From assembly GCF_018350175.1 (NCBI RefSeq), contig NC_058383.1, positions 17,672,001 through 17,736,000 on the forward strand: a stretch of DNA of 64,000 nt. Direction: 5' to 3'. A program made the position numbers and the translations under genes. The number at the start of each line of letters is the position of its first letter. The first letter of the stretch is position 1. The notes beneath the pieces are model-generated. The model made no database searches. It was not told the origin of the DNA and was given only the letters and a program-made list of their open reading frames with translations. This document shows positions 52,501 through 64,000 of this stretch, in pieces. This DNA is from Felis catus. Its lineage: Eukaryota.

Positions 52501-54199
52501 CCTGCTTAGAATTCTCTTTCTCCCCCCCCCCCCCGACTCTCCCCTGCTCATGTTCTCTCTCTCCCTCAAAATAAATAAACTTAAAAAAAAGAAGCTAAAT
52601 TGGATAATGTCATTCCTCTCCTCTAAAACTCTCCAAAAAAAAAAAAAAAAAAGGTACAGCCAAAATAAACAAATAAACTTTGCAGTGGCTAGCACCTCAC
52701 TCAGAATAGAAGCCAAAGTCCTTACAAAGGCCTACAAGGCCCTGCATGATCTGGTCTCCACTTATCTCCCAAACCCCTTGGCTCACCCTGCTCCAGCCAT
52801 GCTAGCCCTCAGGCTCCAGCCCACCTAGCACATTTCCACCTCAGGGACTTCGCACTGCTGTTCCCTCTGCCTAAAGCATTCCTCTCCAGATGACTGCATG
52901 CTTCCTTTCCTCATTTCATTCCCACCTCTGCTCCCTTAAAATCCCTCTGAGAAACTCTCTTTAATCCTTGTATATAAAACAGCACCCCAGAACTTTCTAG
53001 CCCATACCTTACTTTCTCTCCATAACATGTATTGCCAACCAACATGTATTTATTCCTTTACTCTCCATCTACCCCCTCTAGAATTTTAATCTCCCAGAGA
53101 AAAATACCTTTGCCCTTTCTGGTCACTGTCACGTTGCTAAAACAGAGTCTGATATACAGTAGGTAAATAAATATTTGTTGATGGAAGAAATGAATGAGTA
53201 GCTTTCACTGAGGCAAAAAAACAAAGGTTATTAAACAAACAAACAAACAAACAAACCCAAAGAGCAGGGGGAGAGGGGAATGGGCAGACATTTGAAGAGG
53301 CAATTCACAGAAAACAAAAACACAAAAGAATTTTAAATGTCCAGCAAGATGTTCAGGTTCACTCACACTAAAAGAAATGCAGATTCAAATTTCTACAGGG
53401 CACGATCTTTCACCTGTGGAATTGGCAAAAATCAAAAAGCTTGTTAGTTCTCTGTGTTAGCAAGCGTATGGGAAAACAGGTCCTCTCTTAACGCTGTGGA
53501 CGAGCATGAAAATTGGCAGTTGACACAAGGTTTGTGCAGGGGAACTCAGCAGCATCTAAAATTTGAAAGCATGGACTCTTTGGCTCAGCAAATCTCTGCC
53601 TAGAAATTTATCCTGCAGATTTATTTGCTCAGGTATACAAAGAGGTGGGTATTCACTGCAGCACTCCTTGTTCCAGTGGTAAAAGACTGGAAAGAACCTA
53701 AATGTTCACTAATGGAGAATGGCTAAATATATTATGGTATAGCCTTACAAAGGCGAGCTATAATCCGCAAGAGATAGTTACTTGAGGAAAGCAGCACACA
53801 GAACAGTGTGTACTATATGTAAACATTTGTTTAAAAGAAGGAAAAAAAAAAGAATTGTGCTGGAGAAACAAACAGGAAATCAACATGGTATCTCTGGAAA
53901 GGAGAAATGGAGCAAGGCAGGAAGGTATCAGGGGAAGGAAGGACACTTTTGACTCTGTCTTTTGTTACAAGCTACAAGACTTTTTATGTTAATTACACTG
54001 GCAGTTGTTTTAACTTTTAAGAACAGGTAATACATACACTGGGAGACAAAGACCCAAAGATACAAAAGGATAAACAGTAAAAAGTAAGTCTGGGCTAAAA
54101 ATACCAAAAAAGCAAAAAGCCCCACAATGAAAGGGGCATAGGAGCCAACTGAAAACTGGGGAGTAATAAGTAAAGTAATACTGGAGTATGGCCTAAAGC

Positions 54200-55920
54200 A
54201 GAAAAGAAATACCCATGGATCCATCATAGCATAAATACATGATAGAATAAATAAATAAAGCAAGAAGAGACAACTTTCCCATGCAGAAGAATTCCAAGTA
54301 ATTTGTGTGGATACTCTGCCCTCAAGGAGGTGGACCATAATTTCTCAAGTCTTATAGTAAGGGCTGTGCAGAGCGACTTCCTCTCAGAGTAAAATGTGCA
54401 AAGAAGAGGGGAAAGAGTAATTTTGCAGTGGAAGCTGATAAGCCCTCCCTCAGCCACAGCGATAAGTCATCTCGAAGGCATGTACCGTCCATACGATGTG
54501 ATGAAAACGGCACTTTACCTCTGCTTCCTCCCCAAACCCGTAACTCTAGTCTAATCCTAAGAAAGACAACAAGCCCAAGTAAGGGACATGTTCTAAAATA
54601 CCTGATGAATACTCCTCAAAACTGTCAAGATCATCAAAAACAAGGAAAGTCTAGAAAAGTCATGGTTAAAAGGAGTCTAAGGAGACATGATGACTCTGTG
54701 TAATGTGGTATCCTTGTGGTGGGATCCTGGAACACAAACGATATTAGGTAAAACTAAGGAAATCTGGGGTGCCTGGTGGCTCAGTTGGTTGAGCGAGCAT
54801 CCGACTTCAGCCAAGGTCATGATCTCATGATGAGTTCGATCATCACATCAGGTGAGCTTAAGCCCTCTTCGGGCTTCACACTGACAGTGCAGAGGCTGCA
54901 TGGGATTCTCTCTCTCTCCCTTTCCCTCTGCCCCTTGTGAGATTCTCTCTGTCTCTCTTTCTTCTCTTTCTGTTCCTTTCACTCTCTGCCCCTTACTCAC
55001 TCACGCCCTCTTTCTCTCTCTCAAAAAAAAAATGAATGAAAGTTTTTTTATGTTTATTTATTTTTGAGAGAGAGAGTGTGAGCAGGGGAGGGGCGGAGAG
55101 AAAGAGAAACACAGAATCCGAAACAGCTCCAAGCTCTGAGCTGTCAGCACAGAGGCTCGAATCCACAAACTGTGAGATCACGACCTGTGAGACCATGAGC
55201 CAAAATCTGACGCTCAACCGACTGAGCCACCCAGGTGCCCCATGAATGAAATTATTAAAACAAAACAAAACAAAACCGGGGTGCTTGGGTGGCTCAGTTG
55301 TTTAAGCATCTGACTTTGGTTCTTGTCATGATCTCACGGTTCATGAGTTTGAGCCCCACATCTGGTGAGCTCTTGCCCTGCTTCAGGTGTGTTCGTGCCC
55401 CGCTTTGGGTGAACACAAGCCCCGCTTCTCTCTCTCTCTCACCCTCTCTTTGCCCCTCATGAGATTTTCTTTCTCTGCCCCTTGCACCTTCTCTCTCAAA
55501 AACAAAAAAAACGCTAAGGAAATCTGAATAAAGTATGGACTTAAGTCAATAATACATCAATACTGATTAACTGATTAACAAATGCGAGATGTTGGGGCAC
55601 CTGGGTGGCTCAGTTGGTTGAGGGTCCGACTTCGGCTCAGGTCATGATCTCATGGTTAGTGGGTTCAAGCCCCGTGTCGGGCTCTGTGCTGACAGCTCGG
55701 AGCCTGCTTCGGATTCTGTGTCTCCTTCTCTCTCTGCCTCTCCCCACCCCCTTGCATGCGCGCTCTCTCTCTCTCTCTCTCTCAAAACAAACATTTAAAA
55801 AATTTTTTTTTTAAATGTGAGATGTTAATAGGTGTTAATACAGGAAACTGAGTTTAGGGGATATAAAAAAATCTATGTACTCTTTTACTATCTTTGCCAT
55901 TTTTTTTGTACATCTAAGAC
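54200..55920 (+). mobile_element. Old LINE-1 (L1MC-like) 3' UTR fragment interrupted by SINEs
   Basis: TACTCCTCAAAACTGTCAAG, GGAGACATGATGAC...GGGATCCTGGAAC and ACTAAGGAAATCTGAATAAAGTATGGAC motifs. Confidence 0.7.
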
Positions 55921-58900
55921 TGTTCTAATAGTAAGTTTAGGGGCACCTGGGTGGCTCAGTTGGTTGAGTGTCTGACTCTTGATGTCAGCTCAGGTCATGA
56001 TCCCAGGGTTGTGGGATTGAGCCCTACGTGGGGGTCCATGCTGGGAGTGGAGCCTGCTTTAGATTCTCTCTCACTCTCCCTCTGCTCCTCTCTTCCCACC
56101 TCTAATTAAAAAAAAAAAAAAGAATAAAAAATAATCAAGCTTATTTTTTAAATCTTTCCAAATATGTATGTCTCCTTTCTTCTAACTCCATACATCATAT
56201 AAATTTCTCTGAACTTCAACCTACCCATCTTGAAGTAAGGGACCTGTTTATAATCTTTCCCACTGTGATCAGTAACAACACTCTCATTTAGTGAACGTAC
56301 ACTGTGTACTCAATTCTGTGCTAAGTACCCTCTGTCTGCATCATTCTATGTAACCATCACAATGAACCTGGGGGCTGGAACTGTCATTTTCTTTGGAAAG
56401 TAGAAACCAGCTAAAGACCAAATTCACAGAGCTGGTTGGAGGAGACCAAACTTAAACTCTGATCTGTCTGATGAAGAAGGCTCTTAATCTGTGTTCTTCA
56501 CTGGCTCAGGCTCCTTCTTCCTTCTGTGCCACTAGATATGTGCTCCTCACCTCAAAGTCTGTTTTGGAAGACGTGCCTTCCCAACAAACGGCATGTAAGT
56601 AAGAATTCTCCTTGATTGAGCTCTAAGATCTGCCTCTAAGAGTTTCTGATCAGAAGGGCATCACCGATAAGGACAGCAATAAGTTTTTGAGCACCTACTC
56701 TGTGCCAGGCACTGTTCTAAGAAGTTTGTGCTAGTTAACTTAGTGAATTCACACAGTAATACTAGGAGAACCCATTAAAACTCCATCTTCAGACATTGCT
56801 GATAGGAATGTAAAATAGTGCAGCCACTTTGGAAACTAGTTTGGCGGTTCCCCAAAATGATAAACTAAGAGTTGAGAGTTACCATAGGACCCAATAATTC
56901 CAACCCAAGGTACATACCTAAGAGAATTTAGAATGTGTTCATATTGGGGCGCCTGGGTGGCACGATCAGTTGAGCGTCCGACTCTTGTTTTCAGCTCAGG
57001 TCATGATCCCAGGGTGGCAGAATCAAGCATGGATCCTGATTGGGATTCTCTGTCTCTCCTTCTGCCCCTCTCCCCTCTCTCTCTAAGGTAAAAAATGTGT
57101 TCGGGGCACCTGGGTGGCTCAGTCGGTTAAGCGTCCGACTTTGGCTCAGGTCATGATCTCGCGGTTTGTGAGTTCAAGCCCCGTGTCGGGCTCTGTGCTG
57201 ACAGCTCAGAGCCTGGAGCCTGCTTCGGATTCTGTGTCTCCCTCTCTCTGCCCCTCCCCTGCTCATGCTCTGTGTCTCTCTGGCTCTCAATAATAAATAA
57301 ACGTTAAAAAAATTAGGAAAAAAATGTGTTCATACCAAAACTTGTACACGGATATTCACAACATTATTCATAGTAGTTAAAAGAAACAACTTAAACATCT
57401 GCAACTGAAGAATGGATAAACACAATGTGGTACGTCCATATAATGGAGTACTGTTTGGCAATAAAAAGGAATGAAGTACTGATGCAAGCTACAATACGGA
57501 TACACCTTGAATACTTACAATGCTGAGTGAGTGAAACCAGTCATAAAAGAGTGAGTGACTTATACGGTATGTGAGTTATATCTTAATAAAATTGTTTTTA
57601 AAATCCTCCATCTTAGGAGCACCTATTTGCTAGATGATGTGCTGCCCAATTCAGCAATCATTTAATAGATCCAATTAGATCTTCAAATTAAAACGAAAAA
57701 ACCCTCCATTTCACAAATAAACCGTGGTGCACATATAACCCCATGGCTTAAGCTTACATAGCTACACTTCTGAGCTCATCCAGAACAAAGAACTGCATTT
57801 CCAAATAGCAGCCTCAGGACAGTGAAGTGATTTCGTGTTTTCCTCAGCATTGACAGTCTTTCTGGATTCTTCTCTTCCCTCTGCCTGAGGAGCTCCTGAG
57901 TTGGGATTAGGACATGTGGAGATGGTTCAAATGGCGCACGGTGGTTATGAGGACAGGTCCCAAGAGGCAGCCCTGGGGATTCCTGTCCTTCAACCTTTTT
58001 TCTTTTTGAGGCATGTACGGTTGCTCCTCCCAGTCCACACATGTCAGCTTCAAGAAAGCTGGGATTTTTGTTTACCTCTGTATCCGCAGCCACTATTCAG
58101 TGCCTGGCATGACGAAGTGAGAGTGGTTGAAACAATAAAAGGCAGTTCAGACAAGTGAATCCATTGAGGTAAGAGGTGGGTTTCTGACTTGGGTGCTGAT
58201 AACAGAGATGGAAATGGATTGGGCTGGAGAGCACAGCGTCAGATCTAGGAGATGACTGGGTATCTGAGTTACTTGTGGGGGGATCTAGGAGAGATTGGGT
58301 ATACACATCTAGAAAGTATTATTCTTCTGGGGCGCCTGGTTGGCCCAGTTAAGCGTCTGACTTCAGCTCAGGTCATGATCTCATGGTTCATGAGTTAGAG
58401 CCCTTCATGTGGCTCTCTCCTGTCAGCAAAGAGATGGCTTTGGATCTTCTGTCCTCCTCTGTCCCTCCCCCATTCACACATGTGCACATGCCCCCACCCT
58501 CTCTCTCTCAAATAAACATTAAAAAAAAGAAAGCATTTTTCTGAGAGTTTCACACCCAAATGTTTATGGGGGATTGTCAATAGTGACAATGGCTCGTTCC
58601 TAAACAATAGAGTGGGGGAGACAGTGGCAATGTGGAAAGGTCATGCCCCATCTCAAGGGGCAGTCATAGGGAAAGGAGGTATGGCGTCAATGGATTTTTA
58701 GATTTTTCTAAAGAAGGTGAAAGCGAGGACTGCCATGTGAAATCTTGTCTACAAGCCAAGTTTCTTCTGGTCAACCTGTTTGTGACTTGTTGGAGCGATC
58801 TAGGCTTGAGTCTTCCCTAGAAGTCTTGGGTATGTACAGTGAGTGACAGTAGAGAATGTCAGACGCATCTCTTCTAAGGCGATGGATACAGTGGGACAAG

Positions 58901-59844
58901 ACAGTTCTGGGTGGCTTGCGGGGGAATCAGCGGCTCTAGCTGGGTTTAGCCACTTGGACTTTGTTTTTTTTAACATTTTTAAAGTGTATTTATTTTGAGA
59001 GAGTGAGCACAAGGCAGAGGCAGAGAGAGAGGGGAGAGGGGATCCCAAGCAGGCTCCATGCTATCAGCACAGAGCCCGATGTGGGGCTCGAACTCAAGAA
59101 CCATGAGATCATGACCTGAGCTAAAGGCAGACGCTTAACCGACTGAGCCACCCAGGTGCCCCTAGTCACTTGGTTTTCAATGATCACATCAAAAAATAAT
59201 GTTAAGTGTAAAAAAGGAAAATTAGGACATTTGAAAAATAGTACATTTCACAGGATCCCATTTTTTTTTTTCACGGTATTTTAAGCTTCTAGCTAGAAAA
59301 ATAACTGGGGGAATATACTCCTGACAATTAGCAGTGGTCATCTCTGAGGGATGATATTATGAGGCACTTTCCCTCTGTAATATGTATTTGCATTTGTTTT
59401 ATAGTGACCACACATAAAAATTAGTGTTTAAAAAAACTGCAGATCTTTTTCTAACTACGCAAGTACACGTACACGTACGTAAACACACGGAAATGGGCCT
59501 GAAGAATGTAGATCAAATGGTCAAGAGTGGTTACCTCAGAAAAGGCATGGGGCTTGCGTGGGTTGGCAGGTGAACGGGAAATTTAGTTTTGCCATCCTTC
59601 TGTCTGGTTTGAACCCGTATAGTATGTACCCCTGGGTTATATAAAAATGTGTGAAAAACGTCAATGCCCAACACCCCAATTCATCCATCTACAAGTAAAA
59701 TAACTACTCTCCCAGGTGGGAAGGGGAACCTTCCAGGACATGTCCTGTCTGCAGTACTGTCCTCCCTCATCCCTCCCTGACCCAATGGCCCTTGCCCGCC
59801 GCCGGATGACCCCCCCCCCCCCACTGAAAGAGCAGCCAAGGGGC

Positions 59845-61081
59845 CTCATTGTAACACTCATTTTTATATAAATATCCGCAAGTCATGTTACAGAATAAGC
59901 CCCACCGGGGAAAAAAAGTCAACGTTATGTTTTTGTTAAATTGACCCCTGCCTTCTAGGTTGGGCCCCAGCCTGGGGGCGCCTGCTGCTTTGGGAAGGCT
60001 GGGACTGCTGCCGAGAGGCTGCTGAAGAAGCTGCCTGTGTGGCCCACCCCCGGGCCGACCCCCTTCTTTGGTGTGTGGTACATGGTGACCTTCTCTGCCC
60101 CCCACCCCCCCAGCCTAGGGCAGGGTTCTGGGGAACAGGGTTCTGGGGAGCAGGGCCCAGGAGTCCTGGGGGCACTTGGAAATGGAGTAGGGGGACTGAG
60201 CCACTAAGAGGTGGAGTCTGAAGCTTAGAGATTTGAGCCTTTTGGGAATGGTGGCACACAGAGGTAACAGGAACAAGTTGGGGGGGGGGGGGACCTGGGC
60301 TGTTAGCCAAGCAGGAAGCGTTTGCCCTTCTTTCCAGCCTAGGTACCCAGGTCCCTTCCCCTGTTGCTCTGTCTCCTGCTGACTCCATATTTCCAGGGAT
60401 AAGCCCTGGGTTCCTGCCTGTCCCCTCCCAGCTCTTCCCTCTACAATCCCCCCTCCCCCCACAGAGAGGCCAGAGGCTAGGAACACAGCACCAGTCTGAG
60501 GATTTAATTAACCAGGAAGGGGGGTTATTGGGAGGGGCACCCCTGTAAAAATGTACAAAAGGTCTGGGGGGCTATGTGGAAGGGGAGATAAATATGTACA
60601 TGGAACCCCCCTTCCGTTAGCCCCTCCTCCCCCAGCCCTGAGAGGGCATGAGGACTTGGGTGGTAGGTGAAGGGGAGGGGGGGCACTTTGGCCTCTGGCT
60701 TAGTGAGCCCTTGGGGAGGCAGGCCAAGGGCCTAGGGGCCCTCAGAGGGGGCGATGGTGTACCTCAGGAGATCATGAGCTATGACCTCTGAAATGACCCC
60801 CACTCTCCTCTCTCACATGTACACACACACGCGCGCACACACACACTCACACACACACCCCTCTCTCTAGAGGATTGTGACCTCTGCCCTCCCAGTGACC
60901 CCAAGGTCCATCTGATGCTTGATCTTGTGGGGGTTGGGGCTTCTGCTCCCAGGTTCCATGACCTCAGAGATGGCTGGTGAGGTCATGACCTCTGCCCTCT
61001 AGCCCTGGCTTGAAACCTCAGCTCTAGGACCTTGTCAAAAGGAAAGGGGGATGGAGCTTGGCCCCCGCCCCTCCCCTTCCC
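59845..61081 (-). other. FBRS: FBRS 3' UTR
   Basis: Follows TGA 61082-61084; contains variant poly(A) signals ATTAAA (60503-60508) and TATAAA (59863-59868); distal end approximate. Confidence 0.65.
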
Positions 61082-63853
61082 TCACCTGTCAGCCCGGGCT
61101 GGGCCAGGGGCCCTAGGTGGGGAACTAGGCCGGGGGGCGGGCACAAGTGGAGGTGGTGCCCCCAAAAGGGCTCCTGGGGGGGTCTTGCTGAGAAGGTGAG
61201 GGGTTCCCGGGGCCGCAGCAGGTGGCGGTGGCGGGGCCAAGCGGCTGTATAGCAGGGGGTGGGCAGGCTCCAGACCGTAGAGGCGGGCGGCAGCCACAGC
61301 CCCTGGTCCAGTCAGCTCCTCGCCAGCCTCATAGAAGCGGGGTGGCCTAGCAAGGCGAGGGGGCCCTGCCAACCAGGTTGGCTCCAGAAAGCCAGCGCAG
61401 CGCTCTGGGGGACTAGGGCCCAGAAAAGGGGGTGGCCGGGGCCTCTCAAACAGTAGGTGAAGGCCCTGAGGCCCGGTGGTGGCGGCAGCGGCGGCAGCAG
61501 CGGCGGCGGCAGCGGCGGCGGCAGCGGCGGCGGCGGCGGCCTCCTCCTTCCGTTCTTCCTTTACCCGCACTGATTCCTTGGCCGGTCTGGCCCCTTCCTC
61601 GCCAGCCCTGGCCTTGGGAGTAGCAGGAGAAACTCGGAGCTGGGGCCGTGAGAAGGGGAGGTCCCTGTGGGAAAGAATGGAGGTACTCCAGTGGTCTGAC
61701 CAGGCTGCGACCAGACCAGGCTTCGGGGAGGGAGGGCCAGGGGTGTGGGCAGTGGGGGGGGGACGGGGGACGGGGAAGCACACCTGTCTTTCTCCTCCTT
61801 GGTGATAGAGGGCTCTCTCCGCTCCACAGGCCGCTCCTTGTCTGAGCCTGGAGTCCGGGCGGCCTCAGGGGGCCGGACCCAGGCAGGAAAGGCCAGAGGA
61901 CTGCGGTGCAGGCGGCCCCATGGGTCTGGCGGGGAGGCGAAGGCTGGTGGAGCCCCTGGGCTTTCTTTCTGGGCAAAGACGGCGCCGGAGTCTAGACAGA
62001 GGGCGAAGCAGGGAGTGACAGGAGCCACGAGGAGGAGGCCCCACTCAGGGACAACTCCCCCTCCCCAGCCCATTGCCACAGCCACCCACTCGCCCCACCC
62101 CACCCGCACTCACTGAATGTGGGGCTGCCCAGGCCTCCAAAGGCCCCGTTGGAGAGGGCAGCCAAAGAGGCGAAGCTTGTGGGACGCCCAAAGGGATCTG
62201 TGGGAGAAAAGGGGAATGGTCAGAGCGTCGGCAGCCGGCTCTGATCAGGCACCAAGACCAGCAGGGAAGAGGCAGCTTATTAGCAAGCAGGCCCCAGAGC
62301 TCTCGGCCGCTTGGGTCTTGGTTTTAACCACCAGGCGCTGAACACCTCCTTAGGCCTGGCAAGGCACTAGGCTTTGACATGCATCGTGTTGTTTAACCTC
62401 ACAAACAACAAGCCCCACTAGGCAGACAGGATCACTCCCACTTAAAGATGATGAAACAGGCTCAGAGAAGTGAAGTGACTTGCCAACGGTCATCTAGCCA
62501 GTAAATGGTACCCCCAGCCCAAGGCCTCTCTGACTCCAGAGGTCAAGGTCTTACCCCACAATCCCCCGACACCGGCCACCCAGACCGGCTCTAGAGCAAA
62601 CCATTCACCCGAAGATCTCTGCTGGCTTCCTCCCACCTGACATGCAGGGCCTTTCCCAACCTGACCCTAACTTCATGCACATAGCCAGTCAGAACAACTA
62701 ACCTACCCCACTAGGGGAACATCTCACAACTTCCTCTTCCAGGAACACCTAAGCCTATGCTATCAGGCTCAATTCCCTTGTGTCTACCCAGACCCGAGTT
62801 AAATCTCCCCACGAAGCCTGACAAGACTGCTAGGAACCAGCGACTATGTTCTCACCTGGGCGTGCACAGCCTTCCTCCACCCTCCTCTCCCAGGTGGCAC
62901 ACTATACCCCCTACCACTGGCTATTTCAGAGACAGTGTCTGAGGTGGCAGAGATTGGCAATCGCTTCTCCCTTCCCTATCCCACTTCACAGGTGACAAGA
63001 TCAAGGCTCAGAGGGGTTAGAGTAACTCGCCCAAGGTCACGAATCAAGTGGAACCAGGCCTACCCCCATTCCAGCCGCCTCTCAAGTCTAATTTCCATCC
63101 CCAGCTTGAGAACTCCTGAAGTCAGGGACAAGGCCTGGGTTGCCCAACATGCCCTTGGCTCTTACCAATGTGGGTGCTGGGGCTCAGAAAGGTTCCGTGG
63201 GCCCCGGGAGCTGCGGTGAAAGGGTTGGCTGCAGCGTGGACGGCACCTGGGGCAGAGAGGTGGGAGATTCTGGTGAGGCTGAGTGGGCGCAAGGTGGGCC
63301 TTGGGCTATAGACAGGGAACCTCAGGCCCTGAGAGGGCTGGCCAGACTCACCAGTCGCAGTGAAGAGGGAGGCGGCCGGGTGGGAGAGCTCCTGCCCAGG
63401 GGGCAGGGCCCCATAGGGCCCCGGAAGGCAGGGCAGGAGGTCGTTCCGAAAGTCAAGCTTGTGGGAGTCGCCCTGCGTGGGACAGGGAGAGGGGTGGTGA
63501 GTGAGGAGCCAGGTGAAGTCCCGCTCTTGCTCTTCCACCCCTAGGTCCCCTCCAAGGGCTGGCGGGCGCCAAGAAGGGGCTTGGGTGCCTAGCCTCTGCC
63601 TCTCTCAGAGCCTTCTCAGACCACCTCCCCCTAGTTAGCCAGACAACCTAGTACTAACTGTGAAAACGCTCAGGCAGTGACCGGGACAGAGCCAAGCAAT
63701 TCGGCCAAGCTCTGCCAAAGGCAGATGCTCAGGGCTCAGGCTGGCCCACTCTCGCTCTCCCCAGCCCTCCGGCCCCAGTACCTTCATCTTTTCCTGGTGT
63801 CTCAGGATCATGTAAGCCACGCGCACGTGCATGGCACACCACTTCCCTGGTTT
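61082..63853 (-). CDS. FBRS: Fibrosin (AUTS2 family), last six coding exons, 5'-partial
   Basis: Exons 63782-63853 (KPGKWCAMHVRVAYMILRHQEKMK), 63352-63472, 63166-63246, 62114-62197, 61784-61991 and 61082-61664 (poly-Ala ... PGPARADR*). All have GT/AG boundaries and consistent phases. Confidence 0.95.
61481..61540 (-). repeat. GCC/GCT trinucleotide tract encoding 20 Ala in FBRS
   Basis: 60 nt of GCC/GCT codons between KEE and TTGPQG. Confidence 0.95.
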
Positions 63854-64000
63854 CTGCCGCCCCAGAAGGATAACCAAAGGGAAAGGGAAGGAAAGAACGT
63901 TCACTCATCACCCACTCCAGGCCTGGTCCTAGGCCCAGCCTTGCCACACAACATCCCCACTCATCATCCCTACAACTGAGGGATGACTAGGTTCATTTCA

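Overview
Mammalian genomic DNA. Dense carnivore tRNA-derived Can-SINEs of the feline type suggest a cat-family genome. The left half carries the 5' part of SRCAP (SNF2-related CBP activator protein, the H2A.Z-exchange ATPase) on the minus strand. I mapped its CpG-island promoter (~30.2-31.5 kb), non-coding exons and 29 coding exons (numbered 3-31 by human convention) by GT/AG boundaries and phase; the last exons lie beyond the left edge. Intron 8 hosts the H/ACA snoRNA SNORA30. The middle (~31.5-59.8 kb) is repeat-rich intergenic DNA with a processed MAP1LC3B pseudogene. The right end holds the last six coding exons and 3' UTR of FBRS (fibrosin, AUTS2 family), also minus strand. Four observations stand out: (1) a second, diverged SNORA30-like sequence in intron 10; (2) a spliced SRCAP leader that is stop-free in the coding frame, with a Kozak-context GTG/CTG and an overlapping AUG uORF, suggesting a non-AUG N-terminal extension and translational control; (3) a 1-nt frameshift in SRCAP exon 25, most likely an assembly error; (4) several splice-regulatory oddities. 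No database searches were run. Family names for repeats and comparisons with human come from recall.
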